The position numbers and the translations under genes are program-made. The notes under the pieces are model-generated. The model was given only the letters and a program-made list of their open reading frames with translations. It made no database searches and was not told the origin of the DNA. This document shows positions 30,210 through 40,310 of a stretch of 64,000 nt of DNA, piece after piece; position 1 is the stretch's first letter, and every line of letters begins with the position of its first letter. The stretch spans positions 270,216-334,215 of the forward strand of contig CAWCVB010000001.1 of NCBI GenBank assembly GCA_963798915.1. The letters run 5' to 3'. The DNA comes from an uncultured Gemmatimonadales bacterium (lineage in GTDB: Bacteria; Gemmatimonadota; Gemmatimonadetes; Gemmatimonadales; GWC2-71-9).

Positions 30210-30414
30210 TGTCACGCGGTCACATCCTTCAGGCCGGTCGGGAAAGTCGGAGACGAGAGCAGCGCGGCTCCACCTTCCGACGCGGCTGCGGACTCACTGA
30301 TTGTGGCCCGCGTTCGCGGGCCACGCAAGCGCGGACGTGGGAGAGCGCAGGAACAAGAAAAGCGGGATGGCTCCATCGAGCCATCCCGCCAGGTCCATCC
30401 GCGACTGCGCGTGG

Positions 30415-31287
30415 TCAGGAAGTCGAATAGAATCGCAGTTCGAGGACCTTCAGTCCATGGTTGTCGTAGTTCCAGAAGTAGTTCTCGAAGCAGCGATCGA
30501 AGAGATAGATGTCGTAGCTGTCGGCCGCGCCGTCGGTGCCGTTGGGGCCGGAATCGATACAGGTGGCGAGGTCGGGATCGGTCGCGTCGTTGACCGAGAT
30601 GGTCATGTAGAGCAGGCTGTTGGAGACGTCAACCGCCTTGTGCGCGGTCTGCTTGCTGAGCGTGACGCCGTTGCTGCCGCACCAGACATCATCGGTACCG
30701 TCGAAGCCGGTGCCCGTCTCATCAGCGCAAGTGGTGATGGTGGCGCTGCCACTGCCGGCCTTGGCCCTGGCCCAGATGGCGTACGCCGGGGTGCATCCGT
30801 CAGTGCTGACGTCACCGGTGCAGGGATCGGGCAGGCCGAAGAGGGCGCCGTCGCCATCGGTGCCGTTGGCGTCAATCACGCCGAAATCGCCCACGTGCCC
30901 GTCCGCGCGCCACGCGTCGCAGCGGGGGTCGACCACGTCGTTCTCGCCGTTCGAACTGTTGCAGAGATAGATGTGGTTCTGGTCGTCGCCGCCGCCCTTG
31001 GCAAGGTGATTGTTCTTTCCGCCCGGGCTGGTGACGGTATTGTCCGAGTAGAGCTGCACAAAAATGCGGTGGCCGTTGTTGTTGTCCATCGTGGCGGACT
31101 TGTCCTTCGGCACTCCGATGATCTGCATGCTGTAGTCGAACTGGGTTTGGGGGTAGCCGTTCCCCAGAGCAAACGCGGGTCCTGCTTTCGCTGCGGTCAC
31201 CGGGGCCGTGGGCGAGTCGGTACACGCGGCAACCACAAGAGTCGCGACCGCGGCCAGGCCAAGCCTGGCGAATCTGGGAGTCAGCAC
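30415..31287 (-). CDS. Cys/Asp-rich hypothetical lipoprotein
   Basis: GGAGG RBS before the GTG start, lipobox VAAC followed by TDSPTAP, eight further Cys, and C-terminal YFWNYDNHGLKVLELRFY. Confidence 0.8.
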   Translation of the reverse strand: MLTPRFARLGLAAVATLVVAACTDSPTAPVTAAKAGPAFALGNGYPQTQFDYSMQIIGVPKDKSATMDNNNGHRIFVQLYSDNTVTSPGGKNNHLAKGGGDDQNHIYLCNSSNGENDVVDPRCDAWRADGHVGDFGVIDANGTDGDGALFGLPDPCTGDVSTDGCTPAYAIWARAKAGSGSATITTCADETGTGFDGTDDVWCGSNGVTLSKQTAHKAVDVSNSLLYMTISVNDATDPDLATCIDSGPNGTDGAADSYDIYLFDRCFENYFWNYDNHGLKVLELRFYSTS

Positions 31288-31549
31288 TGAATACCTCCGG
31301 GACAGTTGAGCGCGCGCCGGTTGGAGATCTCCCGGCCGGGTCGGCGGCACACTCAGGGTTCGAGATCAGCAGCGGGCCTTGCGAACGGGCCGGGAGTGAT
31401 TGCTCGAACGTGGACAGCGGACCATGTGGATGCCGCGCCGATTGTGCATGGTGGGTATCGTGCGGTCACAGACTGTCGACGTGCAAGAGTTTGCAGTTTA
31501 GTTTGTTTCTACGACGTTGCCACGATACGCGCCGAGTGGAGTGGCGTCA

Positions 31550-31610
31550 AGACACAATTGTGTCTCACGTCCTGCGCGCACGTTGCCGTCGAAGTGGCAC
31601 ACGGAATGCT
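31550..31610. promoter_or_regulatory. Perfect 16-bp palindrome and sigma54-like -24/-12 element
   Basis: AGACACAATTGTGTCT at 31550-31565. TGGCAC-ACGGA-ATGC (GG-N10-GC) at ~31595-31609 on the + strand. Confidence 0.45.
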
Positions 31611-31814
31611 GCAAGATTTCACCGTTTCGCACTCATGTTCTCTCAGTCAGCAACTCCGCGCACTTCCGTACGTCGGGCAGCGTATGAGATTTCGCTTCCG
31701 CGCTGCCGGTCGCCAGCTTCAACCGACAGTAGGCCAACTCACGGTCAGCAATGGAAAGCGGATGGCAATCCTCCTCGGCGCCTGGGTGTTTGCAAGCTGA
31801 CTGGATGATGACGA

Positions 31815-33098
31815 TCAGAACTTGCAACTGGTCTGCGTAATCGCCGTCCCCGCCGAGTGTCCCACCACCTGCGTTACGATGCCGTTGGTCCGGATGATGA
31901 CGTGGTCGCCGTCGTCGTCATTGGCGCCGGTCCTCCCTTCGGCGGCGTCGTCCTGATCGGTGCGATAGATGCGGGTGGCAGGATCATGCTCGCAGTAGCG
32001 CTCGAGTGTGGTGGAATCGGGCAGGAACCGGTGGTTGAAGGGGTGCCGGCCCGAGGAGACGACCACATAATGCGGATCGACGGCGTCGATGAAGGGCCGA
32101 GTGCTGGAGGTCTCGCTCCCATGATGGGCGATCTTCAGCACGGTGGATCGCAACCCATCGGCACCGAGCGAGTCGAGCAGGATCTTCTCGACATACCGGG
32201 GAATACTGTCGGCGCCGTCCCGCTCCTTGCCTTCGGCATCGCCCATGAAAAGGATGCTCTGGTTGCCATACTGGAGCCGGAACACGATGGATGAGTTGTT
32301 CTCGCGGGTGTTGCCGCTGCCGAGGCCGGTGTTGGTCCCGGGCCAGGCATAGAGGAAATGCACCTCGAGTTCACTGCCCCAGTCCGGGGTGCCGAAGGTG
32401 GCCCGGCCAACATGCTGCACCATGGGCGCTCCATCCATCTGCTCACTGTCCGCCAACGCGCGGAATGCGTGCCAGCTGTCGAGCTGGCTCGGGTAGCCTG
32501 GATCGTAATATTCCCGGACATCGAAGCGGCGGAGCACCGCGACCGCACCCTGAAAGTGATCGGTATGCGGGTGAGTGATGATCAGCCCATCGATGACCGC
32601 ACCGGGATGGGCTCGGGCCAGGATATAGTCGGCCAGAACGGTGCCGGCCGGCCCGCCATCGATCACGATGTTCTTTCCTTCGTAGCGGCCGTTGCCGGGA
32701 ACATTGTCGTCAAAGGTATGAATCCAGATCCCGTCGCCCTGGCCCACGTCCACCACGTCAACCTCGAGCCAGGCATCCTCGGCGGGCACCGGCGTGGCGG
32801 CTGCTTCGGTGGTGGTCGGCTCCAGGAACTTCTTGGCCGCCCAACCGGTCCTCCCGTCCGGAATCCGGACCTCGCGCCAGAACGCCGAGGTCCCGACGGC
32901 GGTGACCACCGTGCCTGGGTCGATGCAGGCAAATGGCGTGGTGCTGGCATCGGGACCGGGCCGGATGCGAAGGCAGGGGGCCGCGCTCTGTCGTACGACG
33001 AACGTGGGAGATTCCTGCGCCTCGAGCGGGCTGAACGCGAGCAGCGCGGCGGTGAACGCTGCTGAAAGACTGGCGACGCGAACCATCAAGGGGGACAT
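31815..33098 (-). CDS. Secreted SH3-domain + ComEC/Rec2-type metallo-beta-lactamase-fold hydrolase
   Basis: Signal peptide, SH3b-like LRIRPGP...WREV...GWAAKKFL, DVGQGD, THPHTDH, ENNSSIV, FMGDAE and KIAHHGS. Confidence 0.85.
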   Translation of the reverse strand: MSPLMVRVASLSAAFTAALLAFSPLEAQESPTFVVRQSAAPCLRIRPGPDASTTPFACIDPGTVVTAVGTSAFWREVRIPDGRTGWAAKKFLEPTTTEAAATPVPAEDAWLEVDVVDVGQGDGIWIHTFDDNVPGNGRYEGKNIVIDGGPAGTVLADYILARAHPGAVIDGLIITHPHTDHFQGAVAVLRRFDVREYYDPGYPSQLDSWHAFRALADSEQMDGAPMVQHVGRATFGTPDWGSELEVHFLYAWPGTNTGLGSGNTRENNSSIVFRLQYGNQSILFMGDAEGKERDGADSIPRYVEKILLDSLGADGLRSTVLKIAHHGSETSSTRPFIDAVDPHYVVVSSGRHPFNHRFLPDSTTLERYCEHDPATRIYRTDQDDAAEGRTGANDDDGDHVIIRTNGIVTQVVGHSAGTAITQTSCKF

Positions 33099-33179
33099 GG
33101 ATGGCCATTCGCTGGTAGGGGATGGTGTTCAAGGTGGAATCCGCGCCAGAAATGCGCAACGTCGGACCCGCCGGTCCCG

Positions 33180-33359
33180 AACTGCACAACGCAGAGGCGC
33201 AGAGACGCAGAGAGAACACCGAGGGATCGCTGCACTGACCGCCTTTCCGGATCCGGAACCGGCAGCATCAACACTTGGTTGTGGGCTCGCAAGGATGGCT
33301 CGGGATTTCAGGAATGCACTGCACCCTCCGCGGCCTCGGCGCCTCCGCGTTGTGCAGCT
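33180..33359. mobile_element. MITE-like element of ~180 bp, copy 1
   Basis: Terminal inverted repeats AACTGCACAACGCAGAG...CTCCGCGTTGTGCAGCT. The interior aligns by eye with 35557-35743. Confidence 0.7.
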
Positions 33360-33472
33360 TGGCATCAAGGCTTGGCGCGGCCTCAGCGATTCCATGCTGG
33401 CAACAAGCGCCCTGCACCGGCGGCAGCGGCGGTCTTGCTGGCGCTGCTCAATGCCGCACTCCACATTTGCTC

Positions 33473-33778
33473 CTACCGACGTCGCACCAGATAGCCACCC
33501 TCGCTCAGGTCCTTGGCATAGTCTGCCACGAGCCCGTTCAACCGCCCAGCCAGCAATGCCCGCACCCTTGGGCCCAGCACCGGCTTGCCTGGCGATCCCC
33601 GCCCCCGGCCGGTGATGACATGAACGACGGCGCCAGGTCGCTGCCGCCGCAGGAACGCTTCCACCGCGGTCATCACCTCGCTCGCCCGGAAGCCGTGCAG
33701 GTCGAGCGTGTCCGCCGGCGTGGCATCGAGCAACGGGTCACGGAGCTCGAATCGTGGCGCAGGGCGCTTCCGAGTCAA
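33473..33778 (-). CDS. Stand-alone Smr domain protein
   Basis: TLDLHG, VHVITGRGRGS and GGYLVR. Confidence 0.88.
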   Translation of the reverse strand: MTRKRPAPRFELRDPLLDATPADTLDLHGFRASEVMTAVEAFLRRQRPGAVVHVITGRGRGSPGKPVLGPRVRALLAGRLNGLVADYAKDLSEGGYLVRRR

Positions 33779-35493
33779 TGCGCGGCCTCGCCTGATGTAT
33801 CACCCGCCTCCGACGCCAACGTGATGTAGAACGACGGCGCCGCCTGCAGGTCGGCGCCGGCGGGAATCGGCGTGGGCACCGACTGCCACCCTGTCGTCGG
33901 GTGCAGTCGCTGAGTGCTGCTATCCGGCCGCACGATGTCTACGGGCATGTCGAAGCCGGCCACCACGTTGCTCCAGCGGAACCGGAGGCTGTCGCCACTG
34001 ATCCGGTACTCGAGCTCCGGAATCATGACCGTCTCCTGGTACTGCTCGAAGATCTTCGAGAGGTCCACAGCCGTCGTCTGGCTCATGTAGTCGCGGACCT
34101 GTTTGGCCGTCACGGTCTGGTGCCGGAAGGTCTGGTTGAGCCCCCGCAGTGTCGCCAGCCACCTGGCGTCGTCGTTGACGACGGCGCGCATGGTCATCAG
34201 CATGTTGGCGCCCTTGGGATAGCGGTCCTGCGATGCGGGCACGTTGTTCACTCCATACGTGCCGATGATCGGCATGTCGTTCTTGATCATGCTGCTCCGC
34301 AGCCCGACAAGGTAGCGCTCGCCCGCCGGCTTTCCCCTGGTGCACTCCAGGTACAGCGCCTCAGCGTACATCCCGAAGCTCTCATGGATCCACATGTCGG
34401 CGTGATCGGCGGCGCTGATGTTGTTACCAAACCATTCATGGGCACTCTCGTGCACCACGATGTAGTCCCAGCTCATCCCTTCGCCGGTCTTCGACAGGTC
34501 CCGCCCGAGGTAACCGGCCAGGTACCGGTTGCCGTAGGCAATGCCGCTCTGATGCTCCATGCCGAGATAGGGCACCTCGATCAGCTTGTAGCCGTCCGTG
34601 TACCAGGGATATGGACCGAACCAGTGCTCAAAACACGTGAGCATGGTCTTGACCTGGGGGATCAGCGCCCTGGCGGATGCCTCGTGGTCCGCCAAGGCCC
34701 AGAACTCGATCGTGAGCCGGCCGTCGAGCCCCGTGTATTCATCACGAACCGGGACGTACCTGGGGCTCGCGTTCACCGCCACATCATAGCTGTTGATCGG
34801 ATTGGCCACGAACCACTCATAGGTGGTGGTGCCATCTGCGTTGTGCGTGGTGGAACGGAGCCGGCCATTGGAGATGTCCCTGAGCGGATCCGGCAGCGTG
34901 ATCGCAATTCGCTGGCTGTCGGGTTCGTCGGCCGGCAGGTCCTTGAGGGGCCACCAGGTACTGGCGCCCGGACCCTCATTCGAGGTGGCAATCCACGGCG
35001 CGCCGGTGCTGTCGGTGGCCCAGTGGAAGGGACCACGTCTCCGACGGGTGGAGTCGCGCTCCGCGAAGCTGCCATGGTAATACACCGTCACTGTCTGTCG
35101 GCTGCCGACGGGCTGCGGCGCCGTGAGCGTCACAAAGAAGGCGTTGCCATCGCGACGGAAGGTGAGCGGGCGCCCGCGCTGGAGCATGCTGTCCACCTCC
35201 AGCGGTTCCTGCAAATCAATCTGCATCTCGGTCGCCGGCTTGACGACGCGGTAGGTGATCCCGTTCTGCCCGCGTATGCTGCTGTCGGCCGGATTCACCC
35301 GGACATGCAGGTCGTGGAAGGTGGCGTCCCACCATGCGCGCCCTGGCCCGTTGGAACCGCGGAGGGTATCAGCATGGGTGAACGTGCGCGGCGTTTGCGC
35401 CAAGGCTGGGGTCTGTGCCAGTATGGCCAGCATCGAGACCACGAGAGAGTATCGCACTGGCCCATCCGTAGAGGTGAAGGTTTCGAGGTGCAT
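33775..35493 (-). CDS. M1 family aminopeptidase
   Basis: GMEHQ, HESAHEW (HExxH), MWIHESF and YPKGA. Confidence 0.92.
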   Translation of the reverse strand: MHLETFTSTDGPVRYSLVVSMLAILAQTPALAQTPRTFTHADTLRGSNGPGRAWWDATFHDLHVRVNPADSSIRGQNGITYRVVKPATEMQIDLQEPLEVDSMLQRGRPLTFRRDGNAFFVTLTAPQPVGSRQTVTVYYHGSFAERDSTRRRRGPFHWATDSTGAPWIATSNEGPGASTWWPLKDLPADEPDSQRIAITLPDPLRDISNGRLRSTTHNADGTTTYEWFVANPINSYDVAVNASPRYVPVRDEYTGLDGRLTIEFWALADHEASARALIPQVKTMLTCFEHWFGPYPWYTDGYKLIEVPYLGMEHQSGIAYGNRYLAGYLGRDLSKTGEGMSWDYIVVHESAHEWFGNNISAADHADMWIHESFGMYAEALYLECTRGKPAGERYLVGLRSSMIKNDMPIIGTYGVNNVPASQDRYPKGANMLMTMRAVVNDDARWLATLRGLNQTFRHQTVTAKQVRDYMSQTTAVDLSKIFEQYQETVMIPELEYRISGDSLRFRWSNVVAGFDMPVDIVRPDSSTQRLHPTTGWQSVPTPIPAGADLQAAPSFYITLASEAGDTSGEAAH

Positions 35494-35556
35494 GTGGAAA
35501 GTTAGCAGGGGTGACCTGCGGCTGCCCGTCTATCGGAGCCGTTTGCGGCACTCCGC

Positions 35557-35743
35557 AACTGCACAACGCGGAGACGCGGAGACGCAGAGATGAGGCAGAG
35601 GGATCGCGGCAATCGCGGCCTTTCCGGATCCAGGACCGGCATCATGAACAATTGTTTGTGGGTTCGCAGAGTGGCTCCGCACTTCAAGGGCCGATGGAAC
35701 TCTCCGCGTGCTCTGCGCCTCCGCGCCTCTGCGTTGTGCAGTT
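35557..35743. mobile_element. MITE-like element of ~185 bp, copy 2
   Basis: AACTGCACAACGCGGAG...CTCTGCGTTGTGCAGTT, preceded by a TTGCGG-N4-CCGCAA hairpin. Confidence 0.7.
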
Positions 35744-35796
35744 CACCAGCTCGTCGCACGGTTTTGTCTGAACCGCTTCAGCACCTACCTTCCACC

Positions 35797-38413
35797 ATGC
35801 TCCCCCGCACCGTGGTGCTGGTCTATCTCCTGCTCCTCTCCGCTCGCTCCGCGGCGGGCCAGGACACCCTGCCCTATCGCAATCCGCGGCTCTCTGCCGC
35901 CACGCGCGCGCGCGACCTGCTGGCCCGCATGACGCTGGAGGAAAAGTTCTGGCAGCTCTACATGGTGCCGGGCGATCTCTCGGATTCCACCACCGATCAT
36001 TCCCATGGCATTTTCGGCCTGCAGGTGCCCTCGGCGGCGTCTCCGTCGGCGGATGCGGAGCGGATCAACGTCATCCAGCGATACTTCGTTGGGCATACGC
36101 GGCTGGGCATCCCCATCATCCCGTTTGAGGAAGCGGTCCATGGCCTGGCGCGGCCTGGTGCCACCGTCTTTCCGCAGGCCATCGGCCTTGCCGCGACATG
36201 GGATACCGCGCTGATGACCGAGGTGGCGACCGCGGCCGCTGCCGAAACCCGGTCGCGGGGCATCCGCCAGGTGCTTGCGCCGGTGGTGAATCTGGCCGGC
36301 GACGTCCGCTGGGGCCGAGTGGAGGAAACCTATGGAGAAGATCCCTGGCTGGCTTCCGCCATGGCTCGGGCGTACGTCTCCGCATTTGAGCGGAATGGCG
36401 TGGTAACGACACCCAAGCACTTTGTCGCCAACGTCGGCGCTGGCGGGCGCGACAGCTATCCGATACATGCCGACCGGCGCAAGCTGGAGGACTATTTCTT
36501 TCCGCCCTTCCGCGCCGCCATGGCGGCCGGCGCGCAATCGGTGATGACGGCGTACAATTCTGTCAACGGCATTCCCGCCACCCAGAATCACTGGCTCCTG
36601 ACCGACGTGCTGCGGCATGACTGGAAGTTTTGGCGGCTTCGTGATCTCCGATGCCGCCGCCACCGGCGGCGCCGTGGTGCTGCACCACACCGAACCGGAC
36701 ACTCCGACGGCGGCCGCCCATGCGTTCAAGGCTGGGCTGGATGTGGTCTTTCAGTCCTCCTGGCCCCAGTACCGGCCGTACTGGGATGCGGTTCGGCACG
36801 GCCTGGTGCCACTGGCGGTGATCGATTCCGCGGTGATGCACGTGGCGGAGGCCAAGTTCCGGCTGGGGTTGTTCGAGGAGCCCTCTGTCAGCCCGGACAG
36901 CGCGGGCCTGGTCAATGGCAGCGCAGCGCACCTGGCACTGACTCGGCGCGCGGCCCAGGAATCGATGGTACTGCTGCGGAATCGTGGCATCCTCCCGCTC
37001 AGCGATACGGTTCGCTCGGTGGCGGTGATCGGTGTCGACGCCACCGAAGCGCGACTGGGCGGCTATAGCGGCCCTGGCGTGCGTCATCTCTCCATCCTTG
37101 ACGGGATCCGCGCGCAGCTTGGCGTGGACCGGGTGCGCTTTGCGCCGGGCCCGGGCCGGGACTCGATGCAATTCACGCTGGTACCCGGTTCAGCGCTCAG
37201 CGCCGACTCCGCTGGGGCGCGGGTCGCCGGCCTCCACGCCGAATATTTTGGCAACATCCATCTCAACGGCGCACCCGCGGTCACACGTTACGACAGCACG
37301 CTGGACTTTCACTGGACGCTGAGCCCGCCGGCCCGTGGAATCCCGCTCGACTGGTACTCGGTGCGCTGGACCGGCACACTCACCACCGGGCCACGCGTGA
37401 TGCGCCGACTCGGCGTGGAGGGCGACGACGGCTATCGCCTGTATCTGGACGGCAAGCTGCTGATCGACAACTGGACCAAGCGCTCGCATGGGAGCCAGCT
37501 CGCCGAGGTCGGACTTGCTCCCGGGTCGTCGCACAGCGTCCGGCTGGAATATTTCGAGACCACCGGCAATGGCCGGGTCCGGCTGGTCTGGGATGATGGC
37601 CAGGCGGAAGGTTGGCATGCGTCGGTGGACAGCGCGGTCCGTCTGGCTCGGCAAAGTGACGCGGCCATCATTGTTGCCGGCATCGAGGAAGGCGAATTCC
37701 GCGACCGCGCCCGGCTGAGCCTGCCCGGCCACCAGGAAGAACTGATCCGGGCGGTCGCTGCAACGGGCCGTCCGGTCGTGGTCGTGCTGATCGGCGGGAG
37801 TGCCGTGACCATGGGACGGTGGCTGGAGCAGGCTGACGCCGTGCTGGAGGCCTGGTATCCTGGGGACGAAGGTGGCGCAGCCGTGGCGGACGTGCTCTGG
37901 GGCCGGGTCAATCCTGCCGGTCGGCTACCCATCACCTTCCCGATGGAGGAAGGCCAGCTCCCGCTCAGCTACTATCACCAGCCGACCGGCCGAGGCGATG
38001 ACTACGTGGACCTCACGGGCCGACCGCTCTTTCCCTTCGGGTTTGGGCTGAGCTACACCAGCTTTGAATATTCCAATCTCGTGATTGCGCCGGACACCAT
38101 CAGCGCCGATGGCTCCGCCGAGATTCGTTTCCGGGTGCGGAACGTGGGCAAGGCGGCGGGGGATGAGGTGCCCCAGCTCTACCTGCGCGATGAGCTTGCC
38201 TCGGTTGCTCGTCCCGTGATCCAGCTCGCGGGATTTGCGCGGGTGCAGCTGGCGCCGGGCCAAGCGCGCGAGGTCCGCTTCCGGCTCTCACGGGAGCAAC
38301 TGCAGCTGCTGGACGCCGATTTCCGTTGGGTGGTGGAGCCCGGGGTGTTCCGTGTCATGGTTGGGGCATCATCCCGCGATATCCGGTTGCGGGGCGCGTT
38401 GGTGGTGCGGTGA
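35797..38413 (+). CDS. GH3 beta-glucosidase/xylosidase with PA14 and FnIII domains, one frameshift in TTTT at 36628-36631
   Basis: MTLEEK, EAVHG, FPQAIG, RWGRVEETYGEDP, PKHF, VMTAYN, FVISD (nucleophile), PA14 WYSVRWTG..GDDGYRLY and PFGFGLSYT. Confidence 0.92.
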
Positions 38414-38519
38414 ATAGGCTGAGGGCTGAGGGCTGAAGGCTGAAGGCTGCGCGAAGAGGTTCGTAACACCTGTCATTGCGAGCATCCGTGCAGGGGCGGC
38501 CTGCGGCCGCCCTCGGAGC

Positions 38520-38599
38520 CATTTGCGGCGCGCCGCAACTGCTCAACGCGGAGGCGCGGAGAGCGCGGAGGCACGCAGAGGGATCCTTGTGCCGACATG
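38520..38599 (+). repeat. 80-bp repeat (left end of the MITE-like family), copy A
   Basis: Differs from 44503-44582 at one position. Confidence 0.92.
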
Positions 38600-38758
38600 T
38601 GGACGCTGGCACGGCCAGCGCGCCCGGGGCAAACCCTTCAAGCTCGCGCTGGTGGCCTGCATGCGTCGCCTGCTCACAATTGCCAATGCGCTGCTGCGCG
38701 ATCGGCAGCCGTGGAATCCCCACTACCTCCACCAGGCGCTTGCCTGAACACCGTTGCT
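38600..38758 (+). mobile_element. IS110-family transposase 3' remnant with element end
   Basis: RARGKPFKLALVACMRRLLTIANALLRDRQPW* is a typical IS110 C-terminus. It is followed by CTTGCCTGAACACCGTTGCT, which resembles IS110 ends from recall. Confidence 0.75.
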
Positions 38759-38868
38759 CTGCGTTGAAAAAAAGGGGTAGGATCGTCCAGCGAGCGTCGC
38801 ATCGCGGGCAGTCGTTGCGGTCGTCATGGCTTCTTTGAGCGCGTGTACGTCGTGTATACGGTCACGGA

Positions 38869-39200
38869 TCAGGTGCCGGCTGAACTGGCGACGACCGGCC
38901 ACCGCACGAGGGCAACGCCGAGAGTGATCATGAATGCCGGCAGCAGGTCGTTGTTCAGCGCCGCAACCGGCGCCACAGTGTCGGTCACGTTGCGGAACAT
39001 GCCGATGAGGCCCATGCCTGCTGTGGCGACACCGAACCAGCCGATCCACTTGCGGGTAGCTGGCGCGCGAAGCCATACGATGGACGTAAGCAGAAAGAAC
39101 ACACTGACGGAAAGTCCGCCCAGAAATTCACCGATGTAGTTGCCAAGGTAGATGTTGAGACCATCGAACACGGCGGCAGGGCCGACTGAAAGATTCCCGG
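38869..39200 (-). pseudogene. 5'-truncated membrane protein (DUF4386-like C-terminal half)
   Basis: FDGLNIYLGNYIGEFLG...KWIGWFG...GMFRNVT, with no intact N-terminus. Confidence 0.5.
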
Positions 39201-39241
39201 CGATCCCCCATCTATCCTATCAGGCATGATGAATCCGAGCC

Positions 39242-39778
39242 ATGATGGCCACGGCTGACGCCGACCGCGAGGCAGCCGCAGCCGCGGTGGCAGGGGACGC
39301 CAGGGCATTCGAACGCCTGTATCTGGTGCATGCCCCGAGGATCCACGCGCTGGCGCGGTGGCTTGCCGATCCGGTCGAGGCGCCGGACCTGGTGCAAGAG
39401 GTCTTCCTGCTGGCCTGGCGAAAGCTCGATACCTACCGGGGGGAAGCGGCGTTCGGCACCTGGCTGCGCCGCCTGGCCGTGAACCTGATCATCGCCGAGC
39501 GGCGCACCAGACGCTCGAGGGAGCACTCCCGGATGATGGAGCTGTCGGAAGCAAGCGTACCTGACCGTACAGCCGGGCCCGAGGTGGAGGGGCGACTGAC
39601 AGTGCAAATGGCCCTGGAGTCGCTCCCCGACACCCTCCGTCAGGTTGTGGTTCTGCACGATGTGGAGGGGTTCCGCCACGGAGAGATCGGGGCACTGCTC
39701 GGCATCCCCGCCGGCACATCGGCCTCGCGGCTCCACCATGCCCGCTTGCAGCTGCGGAGGATTCTCGGTGACGATTGA
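39242..39778 (+). CDS. ECF RNA polymerase sigma factor
   Basis: GDARAFERLY, DLVQEVF, FGTWLRRLAVN, VVLHDVEG and GTSASRLHHAR. Confidence 0.93.
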   Translation: MMATADADREAAAAAVAGDARAFERLYLVHAPRIHALARWLADPVEAPDLVQEVFLLAWRKLDTYRGEAAFGTWLRRLAVNLIIAERRTRRSREHSRMMELSEASVPDRTAGPEVEGRLTVQMALESLPDTLRQVVVLHDVEGFRHGEIGALLGIPAGTSASRLHHARLQLRRILGDD

Positions 39779-40310
39779 ACCATGTCCGCTTGCCGATAGC
39801 GAGGTCTGGTCTCGCTATCTCGATGGCGAGCTCGAGGAGGCTCGGCGGGCCGAATGGGATCGCCATCTCCTGGAATGCCCCGCCTGTATGGCCTCCGTGC
39901 GCTCCCTCCAGGCAGTGGTGCGCGCCACTCGTCGGGTCGCCGGGGTCGTACCGCCGGGGGAGGTCTGGAGCGGAATCGCGAGTCGACTCGAGGCGCCGCA
40001 CCCCACGCGCCGTCCTCTGCCGGCTCGTGGCTGGCTCGCCGCTGCGGCCATTCTCCTGGCCATCGGACTCACTTTCCTGTTTCGTCAACCCACAGCCACG
40101 ACGACTCGCTGGGCGTATGCGGCTGATCCCGTGGCCACGTCAGCGGTCCGCGAGGCGCTCACCACGCTCGATCAGGCCATTCAGGAGAGTGAAGCCGCCC
40201 TCGCCCGGCGTCCGGATGACTCGTTCATCCGGCGATCGCTGGAAATCGCCCGGACCGACCGTGCCGAGCTGCTGGATCGGACCAACCAGTTGCTGGGACG
40301 GGTGCAATGA
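39768..40310 (+). CDS. Zinc-finger (ZAS/zf-HC2) transmembrane anti-sigma factor
   Basis: YLDGEL...HLLECPAC, TM helix WLAAAAILLAIGL. Overlaps the sigma gene. Confidence 0.88.
   Translation: MTIEPCPLADSEVWSRYLDGELEEARRAEWDRHLLECPACMASVRSLQAVVRATRRVAGVVPPGEVWSGIASRLEAPHPTRRPLPARGWLAAAAILLAIGLTFLFRQPTATTTRWAYAADPVATSAVREALTTLDQAIQESEAALARRPDDSFIRRSLEIARTDRAELLDRTNQLLGRVQ

Noticed and set aside
31290..31440. Riboswitch in the leader of the Cys-rich lipoprotein (CTCCCGGCC...GGCCGGGAG pairing)
   Set aside because: A stem is possible, but I could not match any known riboswitch consensus by eye. It needs an Infernal/Rfam scan.
31690..31745. Possible degenerate integron attC half-sites (GCCTAC..CGGTTGAAGCTGGCG on the minus strand here; GCAGCTCA..GCTGCGC near 45215-45240)
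   Set aside because: No complete R''/L''/L'/R' pairing, no integrase and no cassette array. IntegronFinder would settle it.
36620..36640. Programmed ribosomal frameshift in the GH3 gene (and the other split genes)
   Set aside because: A single extra T in a homopolymer splits the catalytic domain just before the nucleophile. There is no canonical slippery heptamer, and similar indels occur throughout the window.
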